Below, one piece after another: positions 20,120 to 29,829 of a stretch of DNA of 64,000 nucleotides; position 1 is the first letter of the stretch; the number at the start of each line of letters is the position of its first letter. The notes below the pieces were generated by a model. The model worked only from the letters and a program-made list of their open reading frames with translations, had not been told where the DNA came from and ran no database searches. Origin of the DNA: an uncultured Campylobacter sp. GTDB lineage: Bacteria; Campylobacterota; Campylobacteria; Campylobacterales; Campylobacteraceae. The DNA lies in NCBI RefSeq assembly GCF_900539505.1, contig NZ_UQCL01000002.1. One strand, written 5' to 3'. The position numbers and the translations under genes were made by a program.

Positions 20120-20680
20120 CTAATTTTTCGGCAGTAGATCGAGCACCGCGCAGGCGCGCTTGTTGTGCATTTTGCATGCCTTATCTAGCGCCTGCCCCGA
20201 GAGCCCAAAGCTTTGAGGAGTGCCTATTCCTTGGAGATATTTGACCGATAGCTCGTAGCAAGCTTCGCTGCTGCCGGCATCGCACTGCTCGCGAAAAAGC
20301 TCAAACGACGCCACGACGTCCTTTTCAACGCCGAGGCCGCGCCCTAGCGCATCTGCGTAGAAAAAGCACGATAGCTGATCTTTTCGCTCGCAGCCGCTTT
20401 TCAGACCGCGCGCGACGCGATCACAGGAGCCCTCGTCGCTTTTTACGATACAGCTTTGCAGATCCGCCCGCGAAATTCCGTCCGTTTGGATGACCGCATC
20501 GGCGCTGCTTTGCGAGCCAGCGCTTGCTTCGCCGCTCTTTATAAAGCGCGCGCTTGCGGTCTCGCCGATACTCGTTGTTTTGTCCGTTTTGCCCGCAGCA
20601 GGGATTTTATCTGTCCGCCCGCTCTCGTCGCAGTTTGCCGCAATGGCGCAAAATAGCGCCAAAAATAGAAATTTTTTCAT
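20120..20680 (-). CDS. Sel1-like cysteine-rich secreted lipoprotein
   Basis: Start placed at MKKFLFLALFCAIAANC (lipobox-like). C-terminal SLR units (SCFFYADALGRGLGVEKDVVASFELFREQCD; ACYELSVKYLQGIGTPQS…ACK). Confidence 0.65.
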   Translation of the reverse strand: MKKFLFLALFCAIAANCDESGRTDKIPAAGKTDKTTSIGETASARFIKSGEASAGSQSSADAVIQTDGISRADLQSCIVKSDEGSCDRVARGLKSGCERKDQLSCFFYADALGRGLGVEKDVVASFELFREQCDAGSSEACYELSVKYLQGIGTPQSFGLSGQALDKACKMHNKRACAVLDLLPKN

Positions 20681-20817
20681 ACCCGCCTCCGTTAAATTTC
20701 GCGCCATTTTAATTAAAAATGCTGAATTTAAGAGAAATGCGCCTCTGCTCCAAATTTCAGCTCTATGTCGCAATGTGTTTGGAGCGCGAATTTAAAGCGC
20801 GCCGCCAAAGCGATCGA

Positions 20818-21249
20818 TCACAAGCTCTTTAGCGCCGCAAGTACGTTTTGTGCGTCCTGTTCGGGCTCCTCGATTCGGCTAAAGCGCTTTATCTCCTTGC
20901 CTCCTCGAAAAATCAGGGTTTGGCGGTGGTAAAATTTCTTCCCGTCGCCGGTGGTGAAGGTTTCGAGCCCAAGCGGCGCCTCAAGCTCGAATTTTTCGTC
21001 GTTTATGAACTCAAACGATGCGCCCGTAGCGCGCTTAAACTCGCTCGTGCCCGCCTCGCCCATGCTGCCTACGGCGATAAGCTCAAAGCCGAGGGCTTTT
21101 ATCTGCGCAAACGCGCTCTCGTAGGCCTTGCACTGAAGCGTGCAGCCAGTAAGCCCAGCCGCATCGCGCAACTCTGCGGGCAAAAATTTGCCGCTGTCGC
21201 CCATTTTTGGGTAGGTAAAAACCACGCAATTTTTCGGTAAATTTATCAT
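20818..21249 (-). CDS. thioredoxin-fold peroxiredoxin (Bcp/redoxin-like)
   Basis: VVFTYPKMGDSG…LTGCTLQC resembles the Bcp active-site region FYPKD…PGCTxxxC. Size about 143 aa. Start taken at MINLPKN. Confidence 0.55.
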   Translation of the reverse strand: MINLPKNCVVFTYPKMGDSGKFLPAELRDAAGLTGCTLQCKAYESAFAQIKALGFELIAVGSMGEAGTSEFKRATGASFEFINDEKFELEAPLGLETFTTGDGKKFYHRQTLIFRGGKEIKRFSRIEEPEQDAQNVLAALKSL

Positions 21250-21371
21250 CTCTCGCCTTTTGATCGAAATAGGTCGCAAAAATAGCATAAAAAATCTTAA
21301 ACCCGCTTGACGGATGAAATTTTAATAAAATTTAGCGTAAAATAAGGGGCAAAATTTCGGCAAAATCAAAT

Positions 21372-22466
21372 TTGGAGTTAAATTTGGATATCGACAGAGC
21401 GTTAGAGGAGCTGGCAAAAAAGCAGCAGCAGTGCAAGATAAAATTTCTAAAACCGCTGATTTTATTGCTATGCATCGCGGTTTTTTCCATCGGCTGGTTT
21501 ATCCACGGCTTGATCCAAAACGAATACTCCTCCGCCGTGCTGATGTCCGCGATGATCCCGATAATTGCGGTAAGCTGCGTATGGGGGATTTTTGATGATT
21601 CCATCGCCAAGTGGGAGTACAATGCCTTTTACAAAGACGCCTTCATCCGCGCCATCATTTCAGATATCGATCCCGCCTTTAGATACGAGCCGCAAAGCGG
21701 CATAGACGAAGAAGAGTTCCGCAAAACAGGCATCTATCCGAACAATGAATTCGTAGCCGAGGATCAGATAGACGGCGTGTATAAAGGGGTGAAATTTAGC
21801 CTAAGCGAGGCGATAAAAATCTATGAAACGCGCGAGTCTATGGAGCTTGTAAGGCTATCTCAAAGGGCTAAAAGCGATCTTTCTGCGGCTTTTTTGCTGT
21901 CGGCGATCGCGCTTTGGAACGCTTGGAGGCTCGGCGAATACGTGCAGGCCTTTAGCGGCTCGGTGTTGGTGTGCGAGTTTTATAAGAAATTTAAGGGGCG
22001 GACCATCATCGCGGATCGCTCGCCAGGCACAAAATTTTTAGGCGATCAGGAGCTGATGGACGATGTGATTTTCGGCGAGGAATTTCGCGTGTTCGCAAGC
22101 GATAAGATCGAGGCGCGGTATCTTTTGACGCCTAGCCTTATGGAGCGTCTCGGGGCTTTGAAGCTTAAGCTTGCACCTAAGATCGCTCTTAGCGCGGCGT
22201 TTATGGACGGAAAATTTTATCTATTTTTAAACGGCGCGAAAAACCGCTTCGAAGCCGCGCTGTTTTCGCCGCGCACTACGCTAAAAGACGCCGAGCGGAT
22301 AAAGGCCGAAGTTTTGCAGCTTCTTGGTATCATTGACGAGCTGCGTTTGAATGAGGAGGTTTTTGGCGGCGCAAGCGAGAGCGGCGAGTCCGCAAATAGC
22401 CCGCCACCCGGCGGCAAAGAGCTGCAGAGATTGCGCGATAAAGGCTTGAGCTCGCGCGATCGCTGA
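21372..22466 (+). CDS. DUF3137-like membrane protein (paralogue of 46975..47949)
   Basis: TTG start. N-terminal charged segment plus TM helix. C-terminal block EFRVFASDKIEARYLLTPSLMERLGALKLK…FYLFL is shared with the second copy (FSVYASDTVAVMYVLTPALMEKILSLKQ…IYIAI). The DUF3137 assignment is from memory of that family's pattern. Confidence 0.4.
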   Translation: MELNLDIDRALEELAKKQQQCKIKFLKPLILLLCIAVFSIGWFIHGLIQNEYSSAVLMSAMIPIIAVSCVWGIFDDSIAKWEYNAFYKDAFIRAIISDIDPAFRYEPQSGIDEEEFRKTGIYPNNEFVAEDQIDGVYKGVKFSLSEAIKIYETRESMELVRLSQRAKSDLSAAFLLSAIALWNAWRLGEYVQAFSGSVLVCEFYKKFKGRTIIADRSPGTKFLGDQELMDDVIFGEEFRVFASDKIEARYLLTPSLMERLGALKLKLAPKIALSAAFMDGKFYLFLNGAKNRFEAALFSPRTTLKDAERIKAEVLQLLGIIDELRLNEEVFGGASESGESANSPPPGGKELQRLRDKGLSSRDR

Positions 22467-22693
22467 TTTGAATTTTAAAACGCCATCTCGCGGTTTAAAA
22501 TTTAACGCTTTTCGTAAAATTTAATCTCATCGCCCGCGTCTTTAAATTTAGCGCTTTTTAGAATTTGGCGTTTCTTGAAATTTGGCGTCTCTTGGAATTT
22601 AACGCGGCGCAAGCGAGTAAAATTTACCACTTGTAGCAGTAGCTTGAAATTTTAAAATTTGATCTCGCGCACGGCAAGATATGCGATGAAATT

Positions 22694-23707
22694 TTACTCG
22701 TTATTTCCCGCGATCGTTTCGATTAATTTGCGTTTGTTGCGGCGGTTGTAAAGCACCGACGAAAGGAGCGATAGCGCGATGAATAAGATCCCCACGGTGC
22801 CGGTTATGATCTCGCTTACTTCAAATTTCAGCTTGGCAAACATTATAAATGCCAAACACGCGATAGCATAGTGCGCGCCGTGCTCCAGATACGCGAAGTG
22901 CGACAGCGTGCCGCGAGCGATGAGATACAGCGTGATGGAGCGCACGAACATCGCGCCAGCACCTAGCCCCAGCATAATGATGAAGATATTATCGCTTAGC
23001 GCAAACGCGCCGATCACGCCGTCGAAGCTAAAGCTCGCGTCCAGAGTTTCTAAATACAAAAAGCCCGCAAGGCCGTTTTTTACGCCGTCCGTGCCGAAAA
23101 GGCGGTCGAAGCAGGAGATGAGCAGATAGAGCAGGATCGCGCCGAAATACGCTGCGCCGAGCGTAGCCGAGCCCGTTTTAGCAAGCAGCGCGAGCCCCGC
23201 GGCTAGAGCGATCAGCGTGGGCGCGTTTGGAATGCGCTTTAAAAATCGCACGAGCCCGTTATTTTCGATTATGCCCAGCCAGTGTAGCTCGCGCTGCGCA
23301 TCGAAGAAAAAATCGCAAAAGACCATCAGTAAAAAAGCGCCGCCGAAAACGTAAATTTGCGCTTCGTTCTCGCTTAAAATTTCATGATAGCGCTGCGGCT
23401 GCTTAAGCGCCAGCACGAGAGTTTCCCAAAGACCCAGATGCGCGCTTGCGGCGACGATTAGCACGGGGAATAAAAATCTCATCCCAAAAACCGCGATCGG
23501 AATGCCCCAGAGGATAAATCTGCTCTGCCACACCGGCGCCATATCTTTTAGCACCTTGGCATTGACTACGGCGTTATCGAAGCTGAGGCTGATTTCGAGC
23601 GCGCATAAAAGCGCACAGATATAAGCGGCACCCGCGCCGCCGATATAAAATGCGATAGCAAGCGCAATTAGGCTTACTACAAAAGAGGAGTAAAAATATT
23701 TCATCAT
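22694..23707 (-). CDS. DUF475/TerC-like integral membrane protein
   Basis: The motif EISLSFDNAVVNA near the N-terminus is diagnostic of the TerC/DUF475 superfamily. Polytopic membrane protein. Confidence 0.7.
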   Translation of the reverse strand: MMKYFYSSFVVSLIALAIAFYIGGAGAAYICALLCALEISLSFDNAVVNAKVLKDMAPVWQSRFILWGIPIAVFGMRFLFPVLIVAASAHLGLWETLVLALKQPQRYHEILSENEAQIYVFGGAFLLMVFCDFFFDAQRELHWLGIIENNGLVRFLKRIPNAPTLIALAAGLALLAKTGSATLGAAYFGAILLYLLISCFDRLFGTDGVKNGLAGFLYLETLDASFSFDGVIGAFALSDNIFIIMLGLGAGAMFVRSITLYLIARGTLSHFAYLEHGAHYAIACLAFIMFAKLKFEVSEIITGTVGILFIALSLLSSVLYNRRNKRKLIETIAGNNE

Positions 23708-23791
23708 CGTCCTAGCTGATTTTTTGCGCGATTTTAGCAAAATTTAGCCCTAAATTCTATATAATTGCAAAAATTCCAAAAAAGGCAAAAG

Positions 23792-25111
23792 ATGCTTACC
23801 AATCCCGTATTTATCAGTATCTGTGTGATGTGCGCGCTGTGCTTGCTGAGGTGCAACGTAATGCTCGCGATCCTAATCGGCACGATCTGCGCCGTGCTCT
23901 CAAGCAAGATCCCGCTGGGAGATGCCATAAATTTATTCATAAACGGCAACCCCGAAAACGCCGGCAGTCTCGGCATGGGCGGAAATTTAGAAACCGCGCT
24001 TTCGTATCTGCTGCTAGGCGTCATCGCAAGCGCGATCTCAAAGACCAACTTAACGGCGATCTTGGTGCGCGCGGTGGCAAATTTAATCAGCGACAAAAAA
24101 TACGTTTTTATCTTTTCGATCGCCTTTTTTGCATGCTTCTCACAAAATTTAATCCCCGTGCACATCGCCTTTATTCCGATTTTGATCCCGCCGTTAGTTA
24201 AGATCATGAACTCGCTAAAGATCGACCGCCGCGCCGTTGCGTGTGCGCTAACGTTCGGCTTGCAGACGCCGTATATGGCGCTGCCGCTGGGATTTGGACT
24301 TATCTTTATGGGATTAATTGAAAAAAATATGAACGCAAACGGCATCGCAGTAAGCCTAAGCGACATATCGAGCGTGATGTGGCTAAGCGCCGTGCCGATG
24401 CTCGTGGGGCTAGTGCTGGCCGTGATCTACTACCGCAAGCCGAGAGACTACGCCGAAACCAAACAGAGCCTGGATGCGCATTTTAGCGAGCTTAAGATGG
24501 GTATGCGCGAATGGGGCGCGCTAGCGGGCATCGCGGTGTGCTTCGCGGTGCAAATTTGGATTAAATCCCTTCCGTTTGCCGCGCTTAGCGGAATTTTAGT
24601 AATGCTTGCTAGCAAAGGCATCGAGTGGAAGAAGCTCGATAGCGTATTTGACGAAGGCGTGCATATGATGGGCTATATCGCGTTTTTGATGCTGATCGCC
24701 GCAGGATACGGCACGATCTTAAAAGAAACCGGCGGCGTGAATGAGCTGGTGCACGTAGCGAGCACTTTAAGCGGCGGCAAGCTCGGCGGTGCGCTGCTGA
24801 TGATCGGCATCGGACTGCTTGTGACGATGGGCATAGGCTCGAGCTTCGGCACGATCCCTATCATCGCTACGATTTATTGTCCGCTAGCCGCACAGTTGGG
24901 CTTTAGCACTGCGGCGACGATCTTTATCATCGGCGTGGCCGCAGGTATCGGCGATGCGGGCTCGCCTGCTAGCGATAGCACGCTTGGACCTACCGTGGGG
25001 CTAAATATCGACGGCGGACATAGCCACATGTGGGATACCTGCGTGCCGACCTTTATTTTCTTTAATATCCCGCTGATTATATTTGGCATAATCTTTTCGA
25101 TGATGCTTTGA
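23792..25111 (+). CDS. NhaC-family Na+/H+ antiporter-like transporter
   Basis: About 440 aa, 11–12 TM helices, glycine-rich helices. General NhaC-like pattern (…AISKTNLTAILV…, GIGSSFGTIPIIATIY). The ATG at 23792 has an RBS; the listed start at 23765 is a TTG. Confidence 0.5.
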   Translation: MLTNPVFISICVMCALCLLRCNVMLAILIGTICAVLSSKIPLGDAINLFINGNPENAGSLGMGGNLETALSYLLLGVIASAISKTNLTAILVRAVANLISDKKYVFIFSIAFFACFSQNLIPVHIAFIPILIPPLVKIMNSLKIDRRAVACALTFGLQTPYMALPLGFGLIFMGLIEKNMNANGIAVSLSDISSVMWLSAVPMLVGLVLAVIYYRKPRDYAETKQSLDAHFSELKMGMREWGALAGIAVCFAVQIWIKSLPFAALSGILVMLASKGIEWKKLDSVFDEGVHMMGYIAFLMLIAAGYGTILKETGGVNELVHVASTLSGGKLGGALLMIGIGLLVTMGIGSSFGTIPIIATIYCPLAAQLGFSTAATIFIIGVAAGIGDAGSPASDSTLGPTVGLNIDGGHSHMWDTCVPTFIFFNIPLIIFGIIFSMML

Positions 25112-25141
25112 AATTTTATAAAATTTAGCTGCCCGGCGTTG

Positions 25142-25226
25142 TCCGTAAATTTATAAATTTACGGATACGAATGTTTTTAAATTTATCCGCGCGACTTTGT
25201 TTTTAAATTTATCCGCGCGATTTCGT
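25142..25226. repeat. 24-bp perfect palindrome followed by two tandem 27-bp direct repeats, downstream of the NhaC-like gene
   Basis: TCCGTAAATTTATAAATTTACGGA (25142–25165), then TTTTTAAATTTATCCGCGCGACTTTG and TTTTTAAATTTATCCGCGCGATTTCG. Confidence 0.5.
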
Positions 25227-25367
25227 CGAAATTTATTTGCGCCGTTCGCGCGGTTTGCTTAAATTTAGCCGCTTTAAATTTAACCGCTCACGGCGCGTTG
25301 ATGAAAATCATTGCTAAAATTTGAAATTTCGCATAAAATGGGCGAAATTTCATAGCAAGGAGCGGTG

Positions 25368-25811
25368 GTGGAGCAAATTTATCCTTACGTGCAGATCGTC
25401 CATCTTATCTGCGCCATTATCTTTTTAGGCTACATATTTTTCGACGTCGTGATTTTTTCGCGGCTCAAAGGCGTGCTGGGTGCGGACTACGAGCGCGTTA
25501 AAAAGGCGATCGGCTCGCGCGCGATTAAGATCATGCCGGTTTGCCTTTTTACGCTGATAATCACCGGCGGAATGATGATGAGCCGCTGGGTCGGGAGCGC
25601 TAACGGCGGGTATTTCGGCACGCCGCTTCAAAAAATCTTTATGCTAAAAGTTGCGCTCGCGCTCATCATCGCCGCATGCGTAGCGATAAATTTGAGCTGC
25701 CGCGCGATGGGAAGGCCCGCGCCTGAGTTTTTACGAGCAAATATCCACAAGATCGCTTTTGTATTCGGCTTCATCATCGTGCTTTGCGCTAAGCTGATGT
25801 TCATAGTATGA
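25368..25811 (+). CDS. hypothetical 4-TM small membrane protein (CopD/HemJ-like topology)
   Basis: AAGGAG at 25357–25362, GTG start. Four hydrophobic helices. No soluble domain. Confidence 0.4.
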   Translation: MEQIYPYVQIVHLICAIIFLGYIFFDVVIFSRLKGVLGADYERVKKAIGSRAIKIMPVCLFTLIITGGMMMSRWVGSANGGYFGTPLQKIFMLKVALALIIAACVAINLSCRAMGRPAPEFLRANIHKIAFVFGFIIVLCAKLMFIV

Positions 25812-26424
25812 TTTATGACGCAAAATTTAGCGCTGGCGGCACGCTTTTATCGCGGAATTCTGTAGCGTGGCAAAGATTTAATTTTGCTTGCTTTTAAAAT
25901 ACGACGCTTGCTAAAAATTTTAAAATTCCGTTTTGCTGGGCGGGAGTAGAAATTTAAGAATTTTAAATTCCACTATGTCTGCGCTAAAGCGCGAAATTTT
26001 AAAATTCCACTCCTTTTTTGTGCTGTTTTGTCAAATGCAATCTCAAAATTTAATCTCATAAAATTTTAAAATTTCATCGCGAGCTTTAAAGCGCTCATAA
26101 AATTTCTCACCCAATTCTGCAGCTTTAAAATTTTGTAAAATTCTGTGGCTTTAAAATTTTGCAAAATTTTAAAAATTTTAAATTCTATCGCTAGGACGCA
26201 GATGAAAACTCTAAAAAAACTCGCGCAAAATCGAAGCAAACAATGAAAAAGCGAATTTATTTGACGACTTTACTTACTATTTAATAATCATTAAAGATAT
26301 AAAAAGCTAAAATTGCTTTTTGCCTGCGGGCGAATTTAATGTCTGCTTGCCATTCGCGCGGGATTTTGAGGTTTCCCGTAGCCGTGGCAATAGTTTTGAA
26401 ATTATTTATGAGAAAGGAAAAAGG

Positions 26425-27234
26425 ATGAAGAAATTTCTCTTAAGTCTGCTTGTCGCAGCTTTAGCTAGTAGTGCGCTTTGCGCAAGGTCGCTCTCCGAGA
26501 TCAAAAGTAGCGGAGTGCTTAGAATAGGCGTTTATGACGCGCAACCGCCGTTTAGCAAGATAGAAGACGGCGTGCATCAGGGCTTTGAGGTCGATATGGC
26601 AAATGCTATCGCTAAAGATATGCTTCCATCGGGCGGAAAGGTGGAGTTTACCTCCGTGCTTGCAAATCAGCGTATAAAATTCCTACAAGAAGATAAGGTG
26701 GACGCAGTTATCGCAACTTTTACCGTAACTCCGGAGCGCGAGAAGCAGGTAGATTTTACGACCCCGTATTTTAGCGTCAATATAGGCATTTTAACCCGCG
26801 TCGAAGATAAGATTAAATCTTTAAACGAATTGCAAGATAAAACTATTTTAGTTCTTAGCGGCGGTACTGCAGAAACATACTTTGAAAAGCAAGGCTATAA
26901 TATCGCCAGATGCGACAACGCAAACGCTTGCTATAAGGCGCTAAAAGCTGGACAGGGCGACGGGTATGCCGATGATAACCTAGTCGTGCTGGCTTATCCG
27001 GTATTAGATAAAAAGGTAGAAGTAAATATCAAAAATTTAGGTACTTCGGATTTCTTAGCCATCGGCGTGAAAAAGGGCAATTCGGAGCTTTTGGATTTTC
27101 TAAACGGCGAGCTAATCAAGCTAAGCAAAGAGGGCTTTTTCAAAAATTCGTTCGATAATTTCATCGAGCCTTACTACAAAGGAACTGCAGAGAAAAAGTA
27201 TTTCTTGCTGGACGATCTTTATAGCTTGCTGTAA
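26425..27234 (+). CDS. periplasmic solute-binding protein, amino-acid ABC type (SBP family 3; PEB1/CjaA-like), copy 1 of 4
   Basis: Signal peptide. GVLRIGVYDAQPPFS… and …DAVIATFTVTPEREKQVDFTTPYF… are characteristic of SBP_bac_3. Conserved Cys pair ARCDNANAC. RBS AAGGAAAAAGG. Confidence 0.8.
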   Translation: MKKFLLSLLVAALASSALCARSLSEIKSSGVLRIGVYDAQPPFSKIEDGVHQGFEVDMANAIAKDMLPSGGKVEFTSVLANQRIKFLQEDKVDAVIATFTVTPEREKQVDFTTPYFSVNIGILTRVEDKIKSLNELQDKTILVLSGGTAETYFEKQGYNIARCDNANACYKALKAGQGDGYADDNLVVLAYPVLDKKVEVNIKNLGTSDFLAIGVKKGNSELLDFLNGELIKLSKEGFFKNSFDNFIEPYYKGTAEKKYFLLDDLYSLL

Positions 27235-27254
27235 TTTTTAAAAAGGGGGACGCT

Positions 27255-28058
27255 ATGAAAAAGATAATCCTAGCATTGATGCTGGCTGCGTGTTCGCTTT
27301 TTAGCAACACTTTAGCTCAAATCAAAGAAAAAGGGGTTATTCGAATCGGTATAGATGGCTCGTCTCCGCCGTTTAGCGTCGCTAAAGCCGGCGAATATAG
27401 CGGGTTTGAGATACTTTTAATCGAAGGGCTTGTTAAAGAAATTTTCGGCGATAAAGGCGGCAAGATAGAATATGTCGTAACTTTGGGCGATGATCGTATA
27501 AAAGCGGTGCAGGACAACAGAGTCGATTTAGATATCGCGCTTATCTCGGTTACGAAAGAGCGTGAGAAGCTGGTAGATTTCTCCGATCCATACTTTAGCG
27601 TAAATATCGGCGTGCTAACCCGTAGCGAAGATAATATCAGAAAAGTCTCCGATCTAAACGGAAAGACTATACTAGCGCAGCCCGGCACCACCGTGTTTGA
27701 TTACTTTACGAAACAGGGCTATAACGTAGCGCCGTGCGATAGTGCAAGCGAATGCTTTAACGCTCTAAAATCGGGCAAGGGCGACGGATACGCAGACGAT
27801 AATCTGCTTGTGTTCGCTTACGCCGTAGTAGACCGCAAAGTTGAAGTAAATATTAAGAATTTAGGCTCGACGGACTTCCTAGCCATCGCGGTGCAAAAAG
27901 GTAATACTGAACTACTTAACGCGGTAAATGCGGGACTGATCAATTTAAGCAAAAAGGGCTTTTTTACAAAAATTTTTGATGAGAGTATCGAGCCTTTTTA
28001 TAAAGGTACCGTCGATAAAAAGTATTTCTTGCTGGACGATCTTTACAGCCTGTTTTAA
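27255..28058 (+). CDS. periplasmic solute-binding protein (SBP family 3), copy 2 of 4
   Basis: Paralogue of copy 1 and highly similar to copy 3. Cys pair APCDSASEC. Motif GKGDGYADDN. Confidence 0.8.
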   Translation: MKKIILALMLAACSLFSNTLAQIKEKGVIRIGIDGSSPPFSVAKAGEYSGFEILLIEGLVKEIFGDKGGKIEYVVTLGDDRIKAVQDNRVDLDIALISVTKEREKLVDFSDPYFSVNIGVLTRSEDNIRKVSDLNGKTILAQPGTTVFDYFTKQGYNVAPCDSASECFNALKSGKGDGYADDNLLVFAYAVVDRKVEVNIKNLGSTDFLAIAVQKGNTELLNAVNAGLINLSKKGFFTKIFDESIEPFYKGTVDKKYFLLDDLYSLF

Positions 28059-28123
28059 TTTAAAATGGCGATGGATGGAATTCTATTCGCTGGCAAAATT
28101 TTAGTAAAATTTAAAGGAATTTT

Positions 28124-28927
28124 ATGAAAAAGATTATATTTACGTTGTTAATCGCTTCGTGTTCGTTATTTGCCAACTCTTTAGCGCAGATCAAAGAAAA
28201 AGGGCTCATTCGCATTGGGGTAGACGGCTCACTGCCGCCACTTAGCGTCTCTGAGGACGGAAGATATAGCGGTTTTGAAATTTCGCTTATCGAAGAGCTC
28301 GTGAAAGAAATTTTCGGCGATAAGGGCGGCAAAATCGAATATGTCGTAACTCTAGGCAATGATCGTATCACAGCCGTGCAAGATAACAAGGTCGATTTGG
28401 ATATCGCGGCGATTACGGTTACGAAAGAGCGCGAGAAACTAGTGGATTTTTCAAACCCTTACTTTAGCGTAAATATCGGCGTACTAACCCGTAGCGATGA
28501 CAATATCAAGACAATAAGCGACCTGCAGGATAAAGAAATTTTAGCAGAGCCCGGCACTACGGCTTTTGATTATTTTAATAAGGAAGGCTTTAAAGTTATC
28601 TCATGCGCCAGTTCGAGCGAATGCTTCCGCGCGCTAAAATCCGGTCGCGGCAGCGGCTATGCAGACGATAATATGGTAGTTTTGGGTTATTCGGTTGTAG
28701 ATCGCAAGGTAGAGGTAAATATCAAGAATTTAGGTACGTCGGACTTTTTAGCTATCGCGGTGCAAAAAGGCAACGATGACTTGCTAAACGCCTTAAACGA
28801 CGGGCTTGTCAAGCTCAGCAAAAATGGCTTTTTCAAGAAAATTTTTAACGACAGCATCGATCCTTTTTACAAGGGAAAGGCTGAGAAAAAATATTTCTTG
28901 TTAGATGATCTTTATAAAATGTTTTAA
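28124..28927 (+). CDS. periplasmic solute-binding protein (SBP family 3), copy 3 of 4
   Basis: Paralogue. Cys pair ISCASSSEC. Motif GRGSGYADDN. Confidence 0.8.
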   Translation: MKKIIFTLLIASCSLFANSLAQIKEKGLIRIGVDGSLPPLSVSEDGRYSGFEISLIEELVKEIFGDKGGKIEYVVTLGNDRITAVQDNKVDLDIAAITVTKEREKLVDFSNPYFSVNIGVLTRSDDNIKTISDLQDKEILAEPGTTAFDYFNKEGFKVISCASSSECFRALKSGRGSGYADDNMVVLGYSVVDRKVEVNIKNLGTSDFLAIAVQKGNDDLLNALNDGLVKLSKNGFFKKIFNDSIDPFYKGKAEKKYFLLDDLYKMF

Positions 28928-28942
28928 TTCAAAGGACAAAAT

Positions 28943-29746
28943 ATGAAAAAAATTCTACTAAGTATTTTGCTGGGTGCTGGCGCGCTTTGCGCTAATTCCC
29001 TAGCAGATATCAAGCAAGCAGGCGAAATTCGCATAGGCTTGCAAGATTCCCAGCCTCCGTTTAGCTTCGATGATAACGGCACGCTAAAGGGCTTTGAGGT
29101 TGATTTGGCAAATGAGTTAGTCAAAAATCTATTTGGCAATAAAAAGATCAAAATCGACTTTATCGCCGTAGCATCTAAAGATCGCGTTCCTTCACTGGAG
29201 CAAAACAAAGTAGATCTCATCATATCCAAGCTTACCGTCACAAAAGATCGCGTTCAGAAAGTCGATTTTTCTTACCCGTATTATTCAGTGCAAATTGGCG
29301 TGCTAAGCCGCAAGGACGATAATATTTCAAGAATCGATCAGATCGCGCATAAAAAAATTCTAAGCGTTAAGGGCACAACTGCCGAGGAGCACTTCAAAAA
29401 CGCGGGCTATGAGATTGCGACATGTACCGACGCGAATGAGTGCGTCGCTAGGCTAAAGGCTGGCGAGGGCATAGGCTTTGCCGACGATAATACGGTCGTA
29501 CTCGGATACGCTAGAAACGATGCCGCGCTTGATGCAAAAATCATCAACCTTGGCAAGGTAGATTATATCGCCGTCGCCCTATCTAAGGGCAATACCGAGC
29601 TGCTTGATGCGGTCAATAGCAGCCTGGTAAAAATGTATAAAGCGAAATTTTTCCATAAGGCTTTTGACGAGGATATCAAGCCATACTACGGCGGCAAGAT
29701 CGATAAAAAGCACTTCACGCTCGATGAGGTTTATAGCCTGTTTTAG
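28943..29746 (+). CDS. periplasmic solute-binding protein (SBP family 3), copy 4 of 4 (most divergent)
   Basis: Paralogue. Cys pair ATCTDANEC. Motif GEGIGFADDN. Confidence 0.8.
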   Translation: MKKILLSILLGAGALCANSLADIKQAGEIRIGLQDSQPPFSFDDNGTLKGFEVDLANELVKNLFGNKKIKIDFIAVASKDRVPSLEQNKVDLIISKLTVTKDRVQKVDFSYPYYSVQIGVLSRKDDNISRIDQIAHKKILSVKGTTAEEHFKNAGYEIATCTDANECVARLKAGEGIGFADDNTVVLGYARNDAALDAKIINLGKVDYIAVALSKGNTELLDAVNSSLVKMYKAKFFHKAFDEDIKPYYGGKIDKKHFTLDEVYSLF

Positions 29747-29797
29747 GCTTAGACGCATCTAAAATTTTAAGGCGCCCCTTGGCGTCTAAACATACCC

Positions 29798-29829
29798 GCA
29801 GCTGCGATATTTGATCGCAGCTTGCTTTT
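29798..29829 (+). terminator. putative Rho-independent terminator after the solute-binding-protein array
   Basis: Hairpin AGCTGCGAT-ATTTG-ATCGCAGCT followed by TGCTTTTG. Confidence 0.5.
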
